64,000 nt of DNA from a virus (IMGVR_UViG_3300045988_142974:108868-172867), one strand, 5' to 3'; counted from the stretch's first letter, positions 53,309-62,468 are shown. Numbers and translations: made by a program. Notes: generated by a model from the letters alone, not told the origin.

Positions 53309-55283
53309 GTTAGAAAGAATAAAACAACTTATTAAAGAGTTGAATAATGCTTCATATGCTTATTATAATCAAATTCCAATTATGCCTGATTATGAGTGGG
53401 ATAAAATGTATGATGAATTAATAAGTCTCGAAAAAGAGACTGATATTGTATTATCTAACAGTCCGACACATAACGTTGGTTATTCAGTTGCAGATGAATT
53501 AAAAGAGGTTGAACATAATCATCCTATGCTTTCACTTGATAAAACAAAATCAGTAGATGAGTTAATTGAATTTATTGGAGATAAGGATTGTTTCTTATCT
53601 GTTAAAGCTGATGGCTTAACCACGTCTCTTCATTATATTAATGGTAAGTTAATCGGTGCAGAAACTAGAGGTAATGGAGTAAGAGGTACTGAATGCATTC
53701 AGAATGTACTAACAATGGAAAATGTACCAAAGGAAATTCCATATAAGGATGAACTTATCATTGATGGCGAAACAATTATTGGATGGGACACTTTTAGAGA
53801 GATCAATGATAAATTATCAGAAGATAAGAAGTATAAGCACCCAAGGAATCTTGTATCTGGATCATTACAATTACTCGATAGTAAGGAAGCTGCAAATAGA
53901 AATATGAGATTTGTTGCTTGGAGAGTAATTAAGGGATTTGAACATAAAACGCCAAGTAAAGATTTATTCAAGGCTAAAGATATTGGATTTGAGATTATAC
54001 CAATATTAAAATCAACTAGAATTAACCAGAAAGAAGAGTTGGCAATCTTATTAAATCGAATAAGAGAATCAGCAGACTCACATAATATTCCTTATGATGG
54101 AGCTGTTATGGCAGTTGATGATTATAAAATTGCAGAGTCAATGGGGCGTACAGATAAATTCTTTCGACATTCAATGGCATATAAATATGAAGATGAATTA
54201 TTTGAAACTGTTCTTACAGATATTGAATGGAATACTTCAAAGACGGGTTTGATTAATCCTGTAGCAATCTTTGAGCCAGTTGACTTAAATGGAGCAATAA
54301 CAACAAGAGCAACTCTTCACAATATTACATATATTAAAGACATGATGCTTGGGGTTGGAGATAGAATTAGAGTTTATCGGTCTAACATGGTTATTCCTAA
54401 AGTATATGATAGTATTGACAAGAGTGGTAATTTTATTATTCCTAGCAAATGTCCTATTTGTGGTCAGCCTACAAGAATTATTAAAGAGAACGACTCTGAG
54501 GTACTTATATGCGAAAATCCAGACTGTAAAGGTAAACTTTTAGGCAAATTAGTTCATGCAGCAAGTCGAAATGCGTTGGACATAGAAAATCTTTCAGAAT
54601 CTACAATCGAGAAATTCATCAATCTTGGTTGGTTGAATTCCATTAAGGATATTTATCACTTATCAGATCATGAAAATGAAATGAAAGATTTGGAAGGATT
54701 TGGTAAAAGATCTGTTGAAAAACTTCTTAACTCTATTGAAGAGTCTCGTAAGACAAGTCTTGAGCGTTTCCTTTATAGTTTATCCGTTCCTTTACTCGGC
54801 AAATCAGCAAGTCAGGATATTGCTGAAAATTGTACAATAGAGAATACTTCAAGTATAGGTAATTTTATGCAAATTATGATTACTGATGGCGCAGAACATT
54901 TTAGAAGTATATCAGGTATAGGAGATAGCCTTATAAATTCTTTAAATTCGTATTTCAATATACATTGCTCAGAAATATTTGAACTATCAAAAGAGTTTAA
55001 ATTTGAATCACCTAATATAGTCTTAGATGAAATGCCAAAAACATTACAAGGTAAAACATTTGTTGTAACTGGTTCAGTTCATCATTATAAAAACCGTGAT
55101 GAATTAAAAGCCGATATAATTGTTCATGGTGGTACAGTTGTAGGTTCTGTAAGTTCTAAAACATCGTATCTTATTAATAACGACATCAATTCAACAAGCT
55201 CTAAGAATCAGAAAGCAAAATCGCTTAATATTCCAATTATTTCAGAAGAAGAATTTTTACAAATGATTAAAGTAATTCAGTGA
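53301..55283 (+). CDS. ligA: NAD+-dependent DNA ligase
   Basis: VKADGLTTSL (KxDG), CPICGQP..CENPDCKGK Zn finger, HhH region, BRCT (GKTFVVTGSV). Confidence 0.9.
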   Translation: MNKLERIKQLIKELNNASYAYYNQIPIMPDYEWDKMYDELISLEKETDIVLSNSPTHNVGYSVADELKEVEHNHPMLSLDKTKSVDELIEFIGDKDCFLSVKADGLTTSLHYINGKLIGAETRGNGVRGTECIQNVLTMENVPKEIPYKDELIIDGETIIGWDTFREINDKLSEDKKYKHPRNLVSGSLQLLDSKEAANRNMRFVAWRVIKGFEHKTPSKDLFKAKDIGFEIIPILKSTRINQKEELAILLNRIRESADSHNIPYDGAVMAVDDYKIAESMGRTDKFFRHSMAYKYEDELFETVLTDIEWNTSKTGLINPVAIFEPVDLNGAITTRATLHNITYIKDMMLGVGDRIRVYRSNMVIPKVYDSIDKSGNFIIPSKCPICGQPTRIIKENDSEVLICENPDCKGKLLGKLVHAASRNALDIENLSESTIEKFINLGWLNSIKDIYHLSDHENEMKDLEGFGKRSVEKLLNSIEESRKTSLERFLYSLSVPLLGKSASQDIAENCTIENTSSIGNFMQIMITDGAEHFRSISGIGDSLINSLNSYFNIHCSEIFELSKEFKFESPNIVLDEMPKTLQGKTFVVTGSVHHYKNRDELKADIIVHGGTVVGSVSSKTSYLINNDINSTSSKNQKAKSLNIPIISEEEFLQMIKVIQ

Positions 55284-55316
55284 ATTTAATGAGAGTGAGG
55301 AGGTGAATGTGAAAAT

Positions 55317-55544
55317 TTGTACTATAAAGCGAAACAACTAAAAGAGATTTTCTCTAAGATTCCTGACAACACATATGTTACGGTTGGAACAAAAGAGAAT
55401 AATGAAGTAGAAGAAATCAAAAAAGAATACGGCATTGTTGAAGCAAAATTAAAGCCTATTGGATTTGATAATTCTAATGAAAAATATTTGAAATTGTATA
55501 CGAAAAAATATGAAGAAAGTGGGTGTATGAGATTCATACGTTGA
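55317..55544 (+). CDS. hypothetical protein
   Basis: TTG start 13 nt after GAGGAGGTGA; weak. Confidence 0.4.
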   Translation: MYYKAKQLKEIFSKIPDNTYVTVGTKENNEVEEIKKEYGIVEAKLKPIGFDNSNEKYLKLYTKKYEESGCMRFIR

Positions 55545-56218
55545 AAAGAAGTATTACAAAAACAGTATTTTTAAGTGCTGTTATTTGTGTCGCCCCATTG
55601 TGGGCAGCAAATAATAAACAATTAACTGTAGCTGCAACAGTACAAGAAGAAAAAGCAGAAATATATTCTCATATTTATAAAAAATATAGAACATATTACG
55701 AACAACAAAAAATGATAGCAGTTGAAGAAATTGTAGAGAATATTGAATTAGAAGATGAGCTAGAGGAAATTGAAGAAAATCTTACTTTTACAGATTGTAA
55801 CGTTCCATCTGGCAAGCTGTTTAAAAGCTATATGGATGCTCGACATATCACCAATAAAAACTCACAACAATACAGGTTAAAAAGTGAATATGTATTAGAT
55901 GAAACAGGCATATACAAGGTCAACAATAGATTCTGTTGCGCAATAGGTTCATACTATACAACCCAAATTGGAACATATTTTGATATCGTGATGAAAAACG
56001 GTGAAATAATTCCTTGCATTCTTGCAGACTGTAAAGCCGATGAGCATACAGATAATTTGGGACAATATACAATAAGTAATGATTCTATCGTAGAATTTGT
56101 TGTTGATACTTCTACATTGATTCCAAATATATCAAACCGATGGGGTAATACAGGCGATGTGTCTACTTTAGGTGGTATTTTTGACGGCGAAATATCTTAT
56201 ATAAGAATCTATGAATAA
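55523..56218 (+). CDS. secreted protein, unknown function
   Basis: N-terminal signal-like helix VFLSAVICVAPLWA; family not recognised. Confidence 0.5.
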   Translation: MYEIHTLKRSITKTVFLSAVICVAPLWAANNKQLTVAATVQEEKAEIYSHIYKKYRTYYEQQKMIAVEEIVENIELEDELEEIEENLTFTDCNVPSGKLFKSYMDARHITNKNSQQYRLKSEYVLDETGIYKVNNRFCCAIGSYYTTQIGTYFDIVMKNGEIIPCILADCKADEHTDNLGQYTISNDSIVEFVVDTSTLIPNISNRWGNTGDVSTLGGIFDGEISYIRIYE

Positions 56219-56231
56219 AGAGAGGAAAGAA

Positions 56232-56480
56232 ATGGAAGAAACATTAGTAACTATTCGTTTGGATACAATTAGAAAAGTGCATGATTTTGTTGAGATTGTA
56301 ACAAAATTTGATGAAGAAATTACAATTAAAAGTCATAGATATGAGATTGATGCAAAATCAATCATGGCAATTTTTAGTTTAAACTTGCTTGAACTAATTA
56401 CATGTTGTCTGTACTCAAATGACAAAACTGTTCAGGCAAAATTTCTAAATCAAATTAAAGATTACGTGGAAGGAGAATAA
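56232..56480 (+). CDS. HPr-like fold protein
   Basis: IDAKSIMAIFSLNL resembles the HPr DAKSIMgimsL block; no obvious His15. Confidence 0.45.
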   Translation: MEETLVTIRLDTIRKVHDFVEIVTKFDEEITIKSHRYEIDAKSIMAIFSLNLLELITCCLYSNDKTVQAKFLNQIKDYVEGE

Positions 56481-56484
56481 ATTG

Positions 56485-57024
56485 ATGAGTATTTGCTTGG
56501 TTGGTAAGTCTTGTAGTGGTAAAGACACGATTGCAAGAGAATTAGTAAAATTGGGATATGAAAGAATTTTAACTTACACTACACGTCCAGCAAGATCTAA
56601 TGAACTTGATGGTGTAGATTACCATTTTGTAACCGAAAATGAGTTTAAAGATATGATTAAAAACAAGGAATTTTTGGAGTGGAGAAGTTATCAGACCAAC
56701 GAAGGTACTTGGTACTACGGTAGCCGATTGGCAGATTTCTATGATTATAATAGAAAAAAAGTTGTAATTCTAACGCCTGACGGATTAGAACACTTAAATG
56801 ATCTGTTTGACTCATACATTTCTATTTACTTAACTGCCAAAAATTCAATTTTAAAAAAGCGAATGAAAAAGAGACCAAACAAGAAAGAATCTAAACGTAG
56901 ATATAAGGCAGATAAAGTTATGTTTGATGGAAAGGAAGATAACTTTGATTATCTCGTTAAAAATTACGACAGACCAGTCGAAGAAGTTGCTTCTGTGTGT
57001 AAATTTTTCGATGAAACGGCATAA
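56485..57024 (+). CDS. guanylate-kinase-family nucleotide kinase
   Basis: GKSCSGKDT P-loop, TYTTRPARSNELDGVDYHFV, FLEW. Confidence 0.75.
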   Translation: MSICLVGKSCSGKDTIARELVKLGYERILTYTTRPARSNELDGVDYHFVTENEFKDMIKNKEFLEWRSYQTNEGTWYYGSRLADFYDYNRKKVVILTPDGLEHLNDLFDSYISIYLTAKNSILKKRMKKRPNKKESKRRYKADKVMFDGKEDNFDYLVKNYDRPVEEVASVCKFFDETA

Positions 57025-57036
57025 AGTGTGATAAAA

Positions 57037-57210
57037 ATGAGAGAAAATAAGAAAAGAATGTATTGTGCTAATCGCAATTGTTCATCTTTAGATTGTGTTC
57101 GACATGATAAAAATATTCCGTTCAATATTCTTATACTAAGAGAGAATTATAAAGTGGACAGTAACGGTAATTGTAAAAACAAAATATTAAATTGGGAGGA
57201 TGATAAATGA
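57037..57210 (+). CDS. Cys-rich mini-protein
   Basis: No clear SD; start uncertain (57028 GTG / 57037 ATG). Confidence 0.4.
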   Translation: MRENKKRMYCANRNCSSLDCVRHDKNIPFNILILRENYKVDSNGNCKNKILNWEDDK

Positions 57211-57635
57211 AAGATTTTCAGATTTATTTAGCAGGTAAAACTGGCGGATTAACTCAAGTAGAAGCTAATGGTTGGAGAAACAATGTAAAAAATATACTCG
57301 AAAATTATGAATCAAAAAGATTTGGTAATATTAGAGTAATTAATCCGAATGATTTTTTTAATTACTATAAAACTTTACATAAGACCCATAAACAAATCAA
57401 ACGGTTTTTTATGAATCAAATTGACAAAAGTGATTTGGTAATTGTTAATTTAAATAACTCTAATAGTTCTGTAGGGACAGGGCAAGAGTTGGAACACGCT
57501 CGCATGAAAGGAATTCCTATTATTGGATATGGAACAAAAAATGTATATCCATGGGAATCTGAGGAAGACTGCGATGTTGTTTTTGACACAGAAGAAGAAT
57601 GTGTTGAATATGTTTTAGATTATTATTTGCGCTAA
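57207..57635 (+). CDS. nucleoside 2-deoxyribosyltransferase / DNPH1-like protein
   Basis: QIYLAGK, SVGTGQELEHARMKGIPIIG. Confidence 0.6.
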   Translation: MKDFQIYLAGKTGGLTQVEANGWRNNVKNILENYESKRFGNIRVINPNDFFNYYKTLHKTHKQIKRFFMNQIDKSDLVIVNLNNSNSSVGTGQELEHARMKGIPIIGYGTKNVYPWESEEDCDVVFDTEEECVEYVLDYYLR

Positions 57636-57651
57636 ATTAAGGAGGATTTTT

Positions 57652-57819
57652 ATGAATAATGATATGAATTATGATGAAATTACTGTTGGTGATTGCTTAG
57701 AACAGTTTGAATACAAGAACGAAACTGTTTTACTCAATGACGGCAAAGTTGCTGAATTTGTAAAAAATGAAGAAAAAATTGGTGATTTTAAAAAGGGGGT
57801 GTTCTCGCAGATCGCATGA
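57652..57819 (+). CDS. 55-aa protein (not in ORF track)
   Basis: AAGGAGG 6 nt upstream; MNNDMNYDEITVGDCLEQFEYKNETVLLNDGKVAEFVKNEEKIGDFKKGVFSQIA. Confidence 0.45.
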   Translation: MNNDMNYDEITVGDCLEQFEYKNETVLLNDGKVAEFVKNEEKIGDFKKGVFSQIA

Positions 57820-57845
57820 ATACTGGGTTTGCGAGGCTAAAAAAG

Positions 57846-57869
57846 CACAAGAAAGGTTGATTTCTTATG
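57846..57869 (+). promoter_or_regulatory. dyad motif copy (best palindrome)
   Basis: cacaagaaa ggttga tttcttatg; 23 nt upstream of nrdD start. Confidence 0.7.
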
Positions 57870-57891
57870 AAATCGAGAAAGGAGATAAAAT

Positions 57892-60081
57892 TTGTACAAT
57901 GTAATAAAAAAGGATGGTACTATAGAGCCTTATAATGAGCAGAAGATTATTGATGCATGTAACAAAGCTGCTAGACGTGCCATGTATGAGTTATCAGACA
58001 ATGATTATGCACAGATTTTAAACGATGTATTAGCAAAAATAGATGAGAGTTATGACGAAGATACGGATATTGAAATTTACGATATGCATAACATTGTAGA
58101 ATCTGTTTTGGAAGAAGATTTTCCAACAGTTGCAAAAATGTATAAAGAATATAGAAACTACAAAAAAGACTTTGTACACATGATGGACAAGGTATATGAA
58201 CGTAGTCAGTCTATTAGATATATTGGAGATAAAAGCAACGCTAATACAGACTCAGCATTAGTAGCAACAAAAAGAAGTCTTATTTATAATGAATTAAGTG
58301 GAGAATTATATAAGAAGTTCTTTTTAACTCACGATGAGAAACAGGCTGCAAAAGATGGATATATTTATATTCATGATAGAAGTGCAAGACTCGATACATT
58401 TAATTGTGATTTGTTTAGAGTAGGCGAAGTTATGAAGGGCGGTTTTGAAATGGGTAATATTTGGTATAATGAACCAAATTATCTTGATACTGCTTTTGAT
58501 GTAATGGGAGATATCATTCTTTCTACTGCCGCACAACAATATGGAGGATTTACAGTTCCAGAAGTAGATAAAATTCTTGAACCATATGCAGAAAAATCAT
58601 ATAAAAAATATGTCAATGAATATAAAGAAAATGCTAAAGAATTACTGAGAGAATTGCACATCTCATTTGTAGAAAAAGCATTTAATCCTATTATTGATAA
58701 ACTTGCAAATAAAAACTCAACAAACAAAGTTCAGCGTGACTTTGAACAAGGGTGGCAGGGTATTGAAATGAAGTTAAATTCTGTTGGATCAAGCCGAGGG
58801 GACTATCCTTTTGTCACGATGACAATTGGTTTAGCCACATCTACTCTTGGTAAAATGGCTGCTATTTCTCTTCTTAATGTTCATTCAGAAGGACAGGGTA
58901 AGAAAGGGTTTAAACGTCCTGTATTATTTCCTAAGATTGTATTTTTGTATGACAAAAATCTTCATGGAGATGGTTCAGCTAAATATCCAAGTGCAGACGT
59001 ATTTAATGCTGGTCTTGATTGTAGCAGTAAGACAATGTATCCAGATTGGTTATCATTAACAGGTGATGGATATGTTGCAGAAATGTATAAGAAATATGGG
59101 AAAGTAGTATCTCCAATGGGCTGCCGAGCTTTCTTATCTCCATGGTATGAAAAAGGTGGTATGCATCCAATAGACGAAAATGATAAACCAATATTTGAAG
59201 GACGTTTTAATCTTGGTGTTGTTTCTCTTCATCTTCCTATGATTCTTGCAAAGGCTCGTAAGGAGTCTAAAGATTTCTATGAAGTTCTTGATTATTATCT
59301 TGAGTTAATTCGTGGATTACATAAAAGAACATATGATTATATTGGTGAATTAAGAGCAAGCGTAAATCCAGTTGCCTTCTGTGAAGGTGGTTTGCTTGGA
59401 GGTAATTTAAAGCCAACAGATAAGATTAAAATGATTCTTCCACCAATGACAATGAGTTATGGCATTACTGCGTTAAATGAATTACAGAGACTTTATAATG
59501 GTAAATCTATTCGTGAAGATGGACAGTTTGCATTAGAAGTTATGCAATATATCAACGATTATACAAACCGAATTAAAGAGGAAGACCATATTTTATATGC
59601 AATTTACGGCACGCCTGCCGAATCGTTGTGTGGTCTTCAGATTGAACAGTTCCGCAAGATTTATGGAATTATTGAGAATGTATCAGACAAGCCTTATGTA
59701 AGTAATTCATTCCATTGCCATGTTTCGGAACAGATGTCACCTATTGAAAAACAGGATAAAGAAGGACGTTTCTGGAATTTATTTAATGGTGGAAAGATTC
59801 AGTATTGCAGATACAATCTCGGATATAACAAAGAAGCTATTAAAACACTTATTCTTCGAGCAATGGATAAAGGTTTTTATGAAGGAGTAAATCTTGCTAT
59901 GTGCTACTGTGAAGATTGCGGATATCAGCAAGTAGAAATGGATACATGTCCTAAATGTGGTAGCAAGATGATTACTAAAATTGACAGGATGAACGGATAC
60001 TTGGGATTTACAAGAGTACATGGCGAAACAAGATATAACGAAGCTAAGAATGCAGAAATTGCGGATAGAGTTTCAATGTAA
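57892..60081 (+). CDS. nrdD: anaerobic ribonucleoside-triphosphate reductase
   Basis: ATP-cone N-terminus, C-terminal Zn site CEDCGY..CPKCGS and glycyl-radical region; 729 aa; TTG start. Confidence 0.9.
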   Translation: MYNVIKKDGTIEPYNEQKIIDACNKAARRAMYELSDNDYAQILNDVLAKIDESYDEDTDIEIYDMHNIVESVLEEDFPTVAKMYKEYRNYKKDFVHMMDKVYERSQSIRYIGDKSNANTDSALVATKRSLIYNELSGELYKKFFLTHDEKQAAKDGYIYIHDRSARLDTFNCDLFRVGEVMKGGFEMGNIWYNEPNYLDTAFDVMGDIILSTAAQQYGGFTVPEVDKILEPYAEKSYKKYVNEYKENAKELLRELHISFVEKAFNPIIDKLANKNSTNKVQRDFEQGWQGIEMKLNSVGSSRGDYPFVTMTIGLATSTLGKMAAISLLNVHSEGQGKKGFKRPVLFPKIVFLYDKNLHGDGSAKYPSADVFNAGLDCSSKTMYPDWLSLTGDGYVAEMYKKYGKVVSPMGCRAFLSPWYEKGGMHPIDENDKPIFEGRFNLGVVSLHLPMILAKARKESKDFYEVLDYYLELIRGLHKRTYDYIGELRASVNPVAFCEGGLLGGNLKPTDKIKMILPPMTMSYGITALNELQRLYNGKSIREDGQFALEVMQYINDYTNRIKEEDHILYAIYGTPAESLCGLQIEQFRKIYGIIENVSDKPYVSNSFHCHVSEQMSPIEKQDKEGRFWNLFNGGKIQYCRYNLGYNKEAIKTLILRAMDKGFYEGVNLAMCYCEDCGYQQVEMDTCPKCGSKMITKIDRMNGYLGFTRVHGETRYNEAKNAEIADRVSM

Positions 60082-60086
60082 GGAGT

Positions 60087-60656
60087 GTGGTTCATATCAA
60101 TTATCATAATATTACACATGATGATATGAACAATGGTGACGGTTTGAGAGTCGTTTTATGGCTCTCAGGCTGCTCTCACCATTGTTATAATTGTCAAAAT
60201 CCTCAAACGTGGAATCCTGATAGTGGCATTCCATTTGACGAATTAGCAAAACAGGAGATATTCAACGAACTGTCTAAAGACTATATATCAGGCATTACTT
60301 TCAGTGGTGGCGATCCACTATACGAAAATAACCTTGATGAAGTCCTCAAATTAGTCAAACAAATCCGTATTTCTTTTCCTGAGAAAACCATTTGGTTATA
60401 TACTGGCTTTTGTTGGAATGACATTATGTGTTCTTTTGCAGGATTACAAGCTGATTATGTTGTTTTAGATAAAAAAGACATTGAAGCGTGGGAAAAGAGA
60501 AGAGAGATAATTTCTAATGTAGATGTTCTCGTTGATGGAGAATATATAGATGAACAACGGGATATTACATTAAAGTGGCGAGGCAGTTCAAATCAACGTG
60601 TGATTTCAGTTGTCGATTCTCTGGCTCAAGGAAAAATTGTTTTGTATTGTGATTAA
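60087..60656 (+). CDS. nrdG: anaerobic RNR activating radical SAM protein
   Basis: NGDGLRVVLWLSGCSHHCYNCQNPQTW, FSGGDP. Confidence 0.85.
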   Translation: MVHINYHNITHDDMNNGDGLRVVLWLSGCSHHCYNCQNPQTWNPDSGIPFDELAKQEIFNELSKDYISGITFSGGDPLYENNLDEVLKLVKQIRISFPEKTIWLYTGFCWNDIMCSFAGLQADYVVLDKKDIEAWEKRREIISNVDVLVDGEYIDEQRDITLKWRGSSNQRVISVVDSLAQGKIVLYCD

Positions 60657-60669
60657 GGGAGAATGAACA

Positions 60670-60768
60670 ATGGTAAATTTTATTATTGGTATATTAACTG
60701 GTACTTTTATTGGATTTCTAATTTCATCATTGCTGATAGCAACAAAAGGGAGTTCTCGTGATGACTAA
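60670..60768 (+). CDS. 32-aa hydrophobic peptide (candidate, not in track)
   Basis: AGGGAG SD; MVNFIIGILTGTFIGFLISSLLIATKGSSRDD. Confidence 0.3.
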   Translation: MVNFIIGILTGTFIGFLISSLLIATKGSSRDD

Positions 60769-61036
60769 AGAAGATATTAAAAAAGGAACTGTCGTATATT
60801 TTGCTCGTATATTACCAAGAGTGGGGATATACGATTTGTGTGAATTAAAAATTAGAACGGTAGAAAATACTTATTTTTGTGGTTCTGATAAGCATGATAA
60901 ACATGCATATTTGTTCGGTTATAACAGTTTAAATAATACAATTTTTACAGACAGAAAAGAATGTCTTGAAACTATTCGTATTGCTGAAGAAAAAGCACCT
61001 AAAATAAGTAGCGAAACCGAATACGAAGAATATTGA
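60761..61036 (+). CDS. hypothetical protein
   Basis: ATG 60761 after AAAGGGAG. Confidence 0.5.
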   Translation: MTKEDIKKGTVVYFARILPRVGIYDLCELKIRTVENTYFCGSDKHDKHAYLFGYNSLNNTIFTDRKECLETIRIAEEKAPKISSETEYEEY

Positions 61037-61064
61037 ATTAGAAGGTGGTGATAACACGAGCTAT

Positions 61065-61691
61065 TTGATTGATAAATTTAAAGGTATATATAGATTGAAA
61101 TGCGATTATGATTTGAGAACAAATGATTATAATCGTAAATTAAACGGTACGCTCGAAGATATGGATATATATGTTACATGTCAATACGGTAATAAAGTAT
61201 TCCACTATGGTAGAGATGTTCTACAAGCATATATACCATCATTACAGCGTGGGCATAACATTATTAAAACAATTCAACAGATTGAGCCTAATATTATATT
61301 TAATATAGAAGAAACTGATTCAGAAGTCTTATTTCGTTTCAAATATGTCAATTTCAACAAGATTATTCCATTATTAAAACCTAAAACAAATGGTGCAAAT
61401 ATTAGTCCGTTCAGTTCAAAGAATTTGCCTAAAAATAAAGACTTTAAAATTCCCGAAGAAGAATTAGTGACATATAAACAAATCGTTCAAAGAGTACCTA
61501 AAGAACGCATTTTAACTCTAACACATAGCACAAATGATTTTATTAAGTCATTGGCAACAAAAAAGAATCCAATAGAGAATATTAAAGCAGATATGAAATT
61601 AAAAGGATTAAAAGGTAAGGAGTATATTTACTCGATTGGCAAATGGAATGAATACTTGAACTTTTTATATAAAATAATTTCCCAAATGTAG
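61065..61691 (+). CDS. hypothetical protein
   Basis: TTG start, SD spacing long; 208 aa. Confidence 0.5.
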   Translation: MIDKFKGIYRLKCDYDLRTNDYNRKLNGTLEDMDIYVTCQYGNKVFHYGRDVLQAYIPSLQRGHNIIKTIQQIEPNIIFNIEETDSEVLFRFKYVNFNKIIPLLKPKTNGANISPFSSKNLPKNKDFKIPEEELVTYKQIVQRVPKERILTLTHSTNDFIKSLATKKNPIENIKADMKLKGLKGKEYIYSIGKWNEYLNFLYKIISQM

Positions 61692-61723
61692 ATAAATTTA
61701 GAGTAAAAGGTGGGGTAAATATT

Positions 61724-62032
61724 ATGAAACTTGTAAAGAATATTACAGCCAAAAAATTAAAAGATTGTGGTTTTCACTATGTTGAGCATGGAAATTACAG
61801 ATATTATTCTTCCATGTATAAGTCAAACAACAAAACAGTAATCTATGCTTATTTTTATGTAAATATAGATGAAAACTATTTTTCATACGAGATTCAATCT
61901 AATGGAACAACTTATTATCCATATTATCACAAGGATAATAAAAGTATTGTAAATGAAATTGTTTCTATGAATATTAGTAAAGAAATTAGAAATTTAGTCA
62001 AGAAAGGAATTTTAGAAGATGAAAATGATTAA
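61724..62032 (+). CDS. hypothetical protein
   Basis: AAGGTGGGG SD. Confidence 0.5.
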   Translation: MKLVKNITAKKLKDCGFHYVEHGNYRYYSSMYKSNNKTVIYAYFYVNIDENYFSYEIQSNGTTYYPYYHKDNKSIVNEIVSMNISKEIRNLVKKGILEDEND

Positions 62033-62468
62033 TATTAAGAAAACAAATGAGAATGCAAAAACCCCTACATATGGCAGTGAATTTGCAGCAGGAGCAGATT
62101 TATATGCAGTTGTACATAATGAAGAAAACAAAGTAGAGATTCTTCCTGGTGAAACAGCTTTTATCGACACAGGGGTTGTAATGGAAATACCTAATGGATA
62201 TGTTGGTCTTATTTATGCCAGAAGTGGATTATCTTGCAAACAGGGACTTGCGCCAGCAAATAAGGTTGGATTGATTGATTCGGACTATCGAGGAAATATC
62301 ATGGTTGCACTGTATAATCAGAGTAATGGGACAAGGATTATATCTGAAGGAGATAGAATCGCACAGATTATTATTCAGCCAGTAGAACAGTTCGGGTTTA
62401 ATGTAAAAGAAAATCTTAGTGATACAAAAAGAGGTGAAGGTGGATTTGGAAGCACAGGGAAAAGATAA
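62019..62468 (+). CDS. dut: dUTP diphosphatase
   Basis: AAGADLYA, GLIDSDYRGNI, RGEGGFGSTG. Confidence 0.9.
   Translation: MKMINIKKTNENAKTPTYGSEFAAGADLYAVVHNEENKVEILPGETAFIDTGVVMEIPNGYVGLIYARSGLSCKQGLAPANKVGLIDSDYRGNIMVALYNQSNGTRIISEGDRIAQIIIQPVEQFGFNVKENLSDTKRGEGGFGSTGKR

Noticed and set aside
12367-57869. Dyad motif right half (TTTCTTGTGAAAAT) as a -35 TTG element of sigma-A promoters
   Set aside because: The spacing to any TATAAT-like hexamer is inconsistent (7 to more than 35 nt). In several copies the SD and start codon follow within 5-25 nt, which leaves no room for a -10 element and a leader.
1958-59059. Plus-strand alternative-frame ORFs (1958-2176, 3236-3523, 4274-4468, 5297-5518, 8561-8836, 11601-11816, 13322-13507, 34903-35088, 37172-37366, 37742-37972, 42595-42861, 53722-53907, 54349-54543, 58847-59059)
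   Set aside because: They are fully nested out of frame within genes that carry clear family motifs. They have no SD and no recognisable motifs.
42900-60081. Inteins or group I introns in DnaE (1312 aa), the DnaB-like helicase (542 aa) or NrdD
   Set aside because: The ORFs are continuous. I saw no Cys/Ser...His-Asn splice-junction blocks or LAGLIDADG/HNH inserts. The extra length lies at the termini, not at known insertion hot spots.
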